A stretch of 54,254 nucleotides of DNA, filler included, from Bipalium vagum (Eukaryota), in NCBI GenBank assembly GCA_037834085.1. It is 3 parts of 3 records of this genome, joined end to end, with 100 filler letters (N's around TTAATTAATTAA, not from the genome) between each part and the next. Parts side by side here need not be neighbours in the genome. Positions count along the whole stretch, not along the records: positions 36,016 to 54,254 come from JBBMKC010035360.1; 2 more parts are not named here. One strand, given 5' to 3'. Shown here piece after piece: positions 50,424 through 54,254 of the stretch. Both the position numbers and the translations under genes were made by a program. Numbering within the stretch: the first letter of the stretch is position 1; each line of letters opens with the position of its first letter. Under the pieces are notes generated by a model. It had not been told where the DNA came from. It saw only the letters and a list, made by a program, of their open reading frames with translations, and searched no databases.

Positions 50424-51221
50424 ATGGTTTTTAAAAAGCAATTGAAGGTTTTAAATATTGGAATAATAGCTGTGCAGGGAGCGTTTATTGAGCATGAAAA
50501 CTTTTTCAAGAAGTTAAGTGAAACATCTGAAGGTGTCAAAATAAACTGTATTCAAATACGAAAATCAGTCCAACTTACGGCTGACATTGATGGGCTTATA
50601 ATTCCAGGAGGAGAAAGTACCACATTAGCAAGGTTCTTAGAGTTTGATAAATTTGAGGAATTCTACAACAGGTGGTTGACGGGTATGGATATTCGGGATA
50701 ATCTTTCAATTATTTAATAATTTTCAGAACGAAAGCAAGCGGATAAGAAGTATATGGTTTGGGGAATTTGTGCAGGCTTAATTTTCTTAAGTGACAAAGT
50801 TAAAGGAGAAAAAGAATTAGGTCAATGGAAAGTCAGTGTTACATTTTGTATAAAATTTTGATAAACACGTTTTTAGCTAGGAGGAGTGAATATAGAATGT
50901 GAAAGAAATGGAAATGGAAGACAAAGAGAAAGTTCGGAGAAAATCTTAAGGCTTAAAACTGAGTTATGTGGTAGATTATTTTTACAAATTTGATATACAA
51001 TAACTTTGTTGCTGTTAGACTCACAACATTCAGACTTTAACGGAATATTTATTCGATCTCCTAGAATAACCAAACTCTTGTCTGAAGATGTCGATGTCTT
51101 AGCATATGATGTGAACGATGAACCCGTTGCCGTACAACAAAATAATGTCATTGTTACTTGTTTCCACCCAGAATTATCGGATGATTTTAGATGGCATAAA
51201 TATTTTATACAACTATTATAA
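50424..51221 (+). CDS. PDX2: Pyridoxal 5'-phosphate synthase glutaminase subunit (PDX2/SNO/PdxT), 219 aa, 4 exons
   Basis: Exons 50424-50682, 50728-50831, 50877-50970, 51019-51221 with GT-AG introns of 45, 45 and 48 nt; the spliced frame is open. Motifs AVQGAFIEH, IPGGESTT, WGICAG (catalytic Cys), RNGNGRQRES, FIRSP, FHPEL (catalytic His/Glu). Confidence 0.95.
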
Positions 51222-51719
51222 ATTTAGAATAAAAATAAAGTGCCTTTATCTTTATAAAACTGATTCTCGTCCTTTGATCGAGAAATGGTTAGATTTTGGT
51301 ATACTTAACAGATTAATTGATTGGTGTTCTTTATCATGATTATCTTAAAAGATTAAAATGAATATAAAGCTTTCCATAACAAGGAGTGTTTTTTCGTAAT
51401 TTCTATAGCAAAATTAATTAATATATATTATTAAAAATATGATATTAAATATTAATGAAATAAATAATTTTTCAATCATAAAAATGATGACAACCCAAAC
51501 CAAATTATTGTAATTTTATTTAATAAGAGTATTTTGAAATAAGTATACTTTCTATTCATTCGAAATTATGGTAAAACAGTAAATAAGTCCCGATTCTCAT
51601 TAATACATGCACAATCGAAATGATGCAGTGAAGACGTTCACTGTTTATTTTTTATTTCAATTTCACAAGACTTCGCATTATTGGTTCTTGAAACTTGGCA
51701 TCGACATTGGCTTAAGAGT

Positions 51720-52870
51720 CCTTCAGGTTGTGTAATTATGAATAAGGGCTATCCTATAATATATTTCCCTTTTTAATTGGGTTGGTGGTGTACCATAATA
51801 AACCAGTTAAAATTAAGTTATCTAAAAATTTAATTCTGAAAAATGTTTGTAAAGCTTTTCATCTTTTAATTCAAGTTTCATTTCTTTTTCATTTAAACTT
51901 GTTGATCCCTCTTTAAGATTATAGAGTAAAATTTCATTTTTAATTCAGTTAATGTTTCATTTTTTCTTCAAATGATTTTAGTTGATTTTAAATAATTAAT
52001 AAAATAGAATGATTTTTTCGGCTTACTATTCCATTTACACTAATTTCATTTAATAAACTTTTTCTAAGTTTTGTGATATTAAATGATATCTCTAAACGTT
52101 TGCTCACATATTTTAAAATTACAATATCATTATCATTTATTGAATCAGTTACATTTATTATTTTAAATTTATTCACATTTATTTTTCCTTTCATATCATT
52201 ACCAGTAATAATTAAAAATTTAATATTTGATTCATTTCGAATAAAATTACCTTTTACTTTATGACTATCACTATGATTATTATTATTTTTAAAGTTTTAT
52301 AATCATCATAAAAACAAAGAGATTTTAAAGTATCATTATTATTATCTAATCTCTTCTAAAATATTTTTAAATGAATTTCTAAGGTTAAAGCTTATTTTGC
52401 TCATCTGAGCAACTTCCACATTTCTTTTCATTAACGTTTTTCCATAAGACAAGCTGTTAATTGTTCACATTAAACAAAATGTTTTTTCAGATTTTTTTTC
52501 TGTAATATCATCGCGCATTAGAACTTTTAATACCATTTTTAAATATTCAGTATTATCTATTAAATCAAAATTCGATGTTGAATTAATTCCATAATTACAG
52601 AAAAATTCTAAAAATGGAAGAGATTTTTTTATTTTAAGGAGAGGAATTTTTAGAAAAATTGTTTTTTCAAAGGTGAATAAACCATTTCCTTGTTATACAA
52701 TCCTAACCTTTTCTCCAAAATTTTTGTAATAAATACATAATAAAATAATAAATAAAAATTTGTATCTGTTGATCCTCTTGCAAAATAATGATTTCTTTCT
52801 TTTGAGAAGCTTTGCTTAAATCATGCAGTTACTTTTGTTCCATTCTTTATAATGAACATATAGGATATAG
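51720..52870 (-). mobile_element. Probable Polinton/Maverick(adintovirus)-like relic
   Basis: Fibre-type repeat TGNDMKGKINVNKFKIINVTDSINDNDIVILKYV. Upstream on the same strand: LHDLSKASQKK..KVRIV*QGNGLF and MVLKVLMRDDITEKNLKK fragments resembling small Polinton ORFs. No pPolB, integrase or capsid seen. Confidence 0.35.
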
Positions 52871-53869
52871 TATTATTTAAAATTTTATTATTAAAAATTT
52901 TCAATAAAACAAATAATGCTAACAGCTCACAATAAAAAGTAGACTCAATTTTTATTTTATTATTTTTAGCCGCTACAATCTCTTGCACTTAATTGATTTT
53001 GTAAAAAATTGGAAATAAGATACTTGAATTTTTGAAAAACGTTTCAATCAATGTATTTAGACAAAACATTTGGTTGCGTTTTACTATTTCATACATTTTT
53101 AAAATTACATAATTACGCAACCATTATATAATTTGGTCAATTAAAATTATATGGTAAATTTTAAAAATTTTTAACCTAAAAATTATTCTACAAAAACTTA
53201 TGAATATTTTAATAATTAACAACAAAAAATAAAAAAATAATTTCTAAAAAATTTTATTTTATTATATAATTTTCTCGTATCAATCGCAAAAGCTCTTCGA
53301 AACGATCGATACAATTTGCTTTTGTTCTTCTTTCAGCTTTGTATGGTCAATGAGACTAATTGTTATTTTCTCATATGAATCTTCATTGAAGAAACCATAC
53401 ATAATTCTAAATAAAAAATAAAAAGAATTTAATAAAAAGATATTCATTTACTTATATATTTTATAAATGTGCATTTTGGTATTTTCAAACCAAATCACTT
53501 TCGTTATGGTTTATTTCGGCAGATAAATCTATTATGGCCATGGGTGCTTTGAAATTTCATTGCTCCATGACCATCAAATGGGCAAAATTTAATTTAATTA
53601 AAAAAAACTTAATTTAAAATTAAATTAATTTACTTAAATTTATTTTTAATAAAAACAAAAGTCATAACAAATTGATATATTTATCAATTTTTATAAAACA
53701 AAAATAATTATAAAATAAAAATTTTAAAATTTAAAATTGATCTCAATTAAGAAAACATTAAAAAAATTCTCTCAAATATCTAGGTAAAATAGAAAAAATA
53801 ACAAATAAATATTTTGAAGTAAATAAAAAAATCAAATTCAAATAATATTAACTTAGAAAAATGAAAGAA

Positions 53870-54254
53870 ATATTGTTCAACGTCTTAAAAAATAATTATT
53901 TTATGTTCTGGAGTCATGCCAAAACTTCTTATATGCATTAGGTTCATCTAATTTTCTTTTTTTTCATCGCTGAACATCAGTTTAGAAGATTTATCACCAA
54001 TTTTTAAATCTTCATTGGTCCAACCATTTCTCAATTTAAGACGCTCTGGTTTGAATGGTAGAGAAACTTCCAATTTATAATATTTCATATATCTACACCG
54101 TTCCAAGACATTGGTAATTTTTCTTCTAAAGGGTGTCTCAAAAATCACGCAAGATTTGAATTAAATAAAAAACACCGTTTTTTTCATTAAACTGTTAATT
54201 TTTTATTGAAATATGAAGTACATAGATTAGGGTTATGTATGAAATAACACTGAT
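53870..54254 (-). mobile_element. Tc1/Tc3-like transposase relic
   Basis: LMFSDEKK..LD.P..FWHDSR. Confidence 0.8.

Noticed and set aside
53275-53590. Two exon-like minus-strand segments with an intron-like gap
   Set aside because: The upstream segment has stops in all frames and no family was recognised. It could be a pseudogene or the 3' end of a gene outside the window.
530-54148. Numerous 60-110 aa I/L/F/K/N-rich ORFs in the ORF track
   Set aside because: Low-complexity AT-rich, antisense-to-exon or N-spanning artefacts. No CRISPR, rRNA or prokaryotic operon-like features were seen.

Overview
AT-rich eukaryotic (animal-type) genomic scaffold. Introns are bimodal: most are 33-57 nt GT-AG introns, and a few kb-sized introns are packed with decayed transposons. 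I translated and spliced the exons by hand and recognised six host genes. (1) A 12-exon SynGAP/DAB2IP/RASAL2-family PH-C2-RasGAP (minus, 820-13087). (2) HTATIP2/TIP30 (plus, 18285-19040). (3) A compact 5-finger RREB1/hindsight-like gene (minus, 21351-23040). (4) The 5' half of a DPY19L3-like C-mannosyltransferase (plus, 31139-34747, cut off before an artificial scaffold join). (5) A CLASP/Orbit-like gene in which only TOG3 is recognisable (minus, about 42147-49000). (6) An intact 4-exon PDX2/SNO glutaminase of de novo vitamin B6 synthesis (plus, 50424-51221). The rest is dominated by Tc1/mariner relics of several subfamilies, plus hAT, Merlin, Penelope and Gypsy relics, a solo-LTR-like insert, MITEs and a probable Polinton/adintovirus-like fossil. 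Two 100-bp N44-TTAATTAATTAA-N44 spacers are artificial contig joins. The best leads are the intact animal PDX2, the apparently TOG3-only CLASP facing it, the Polinton-like fossil next to it, reduced RREB1 and RasGAP architectures, and stop-free in-frame mini-introns. All family calls come from recognising motifs from memory; no database search was run, and the species cannot be named from this window.
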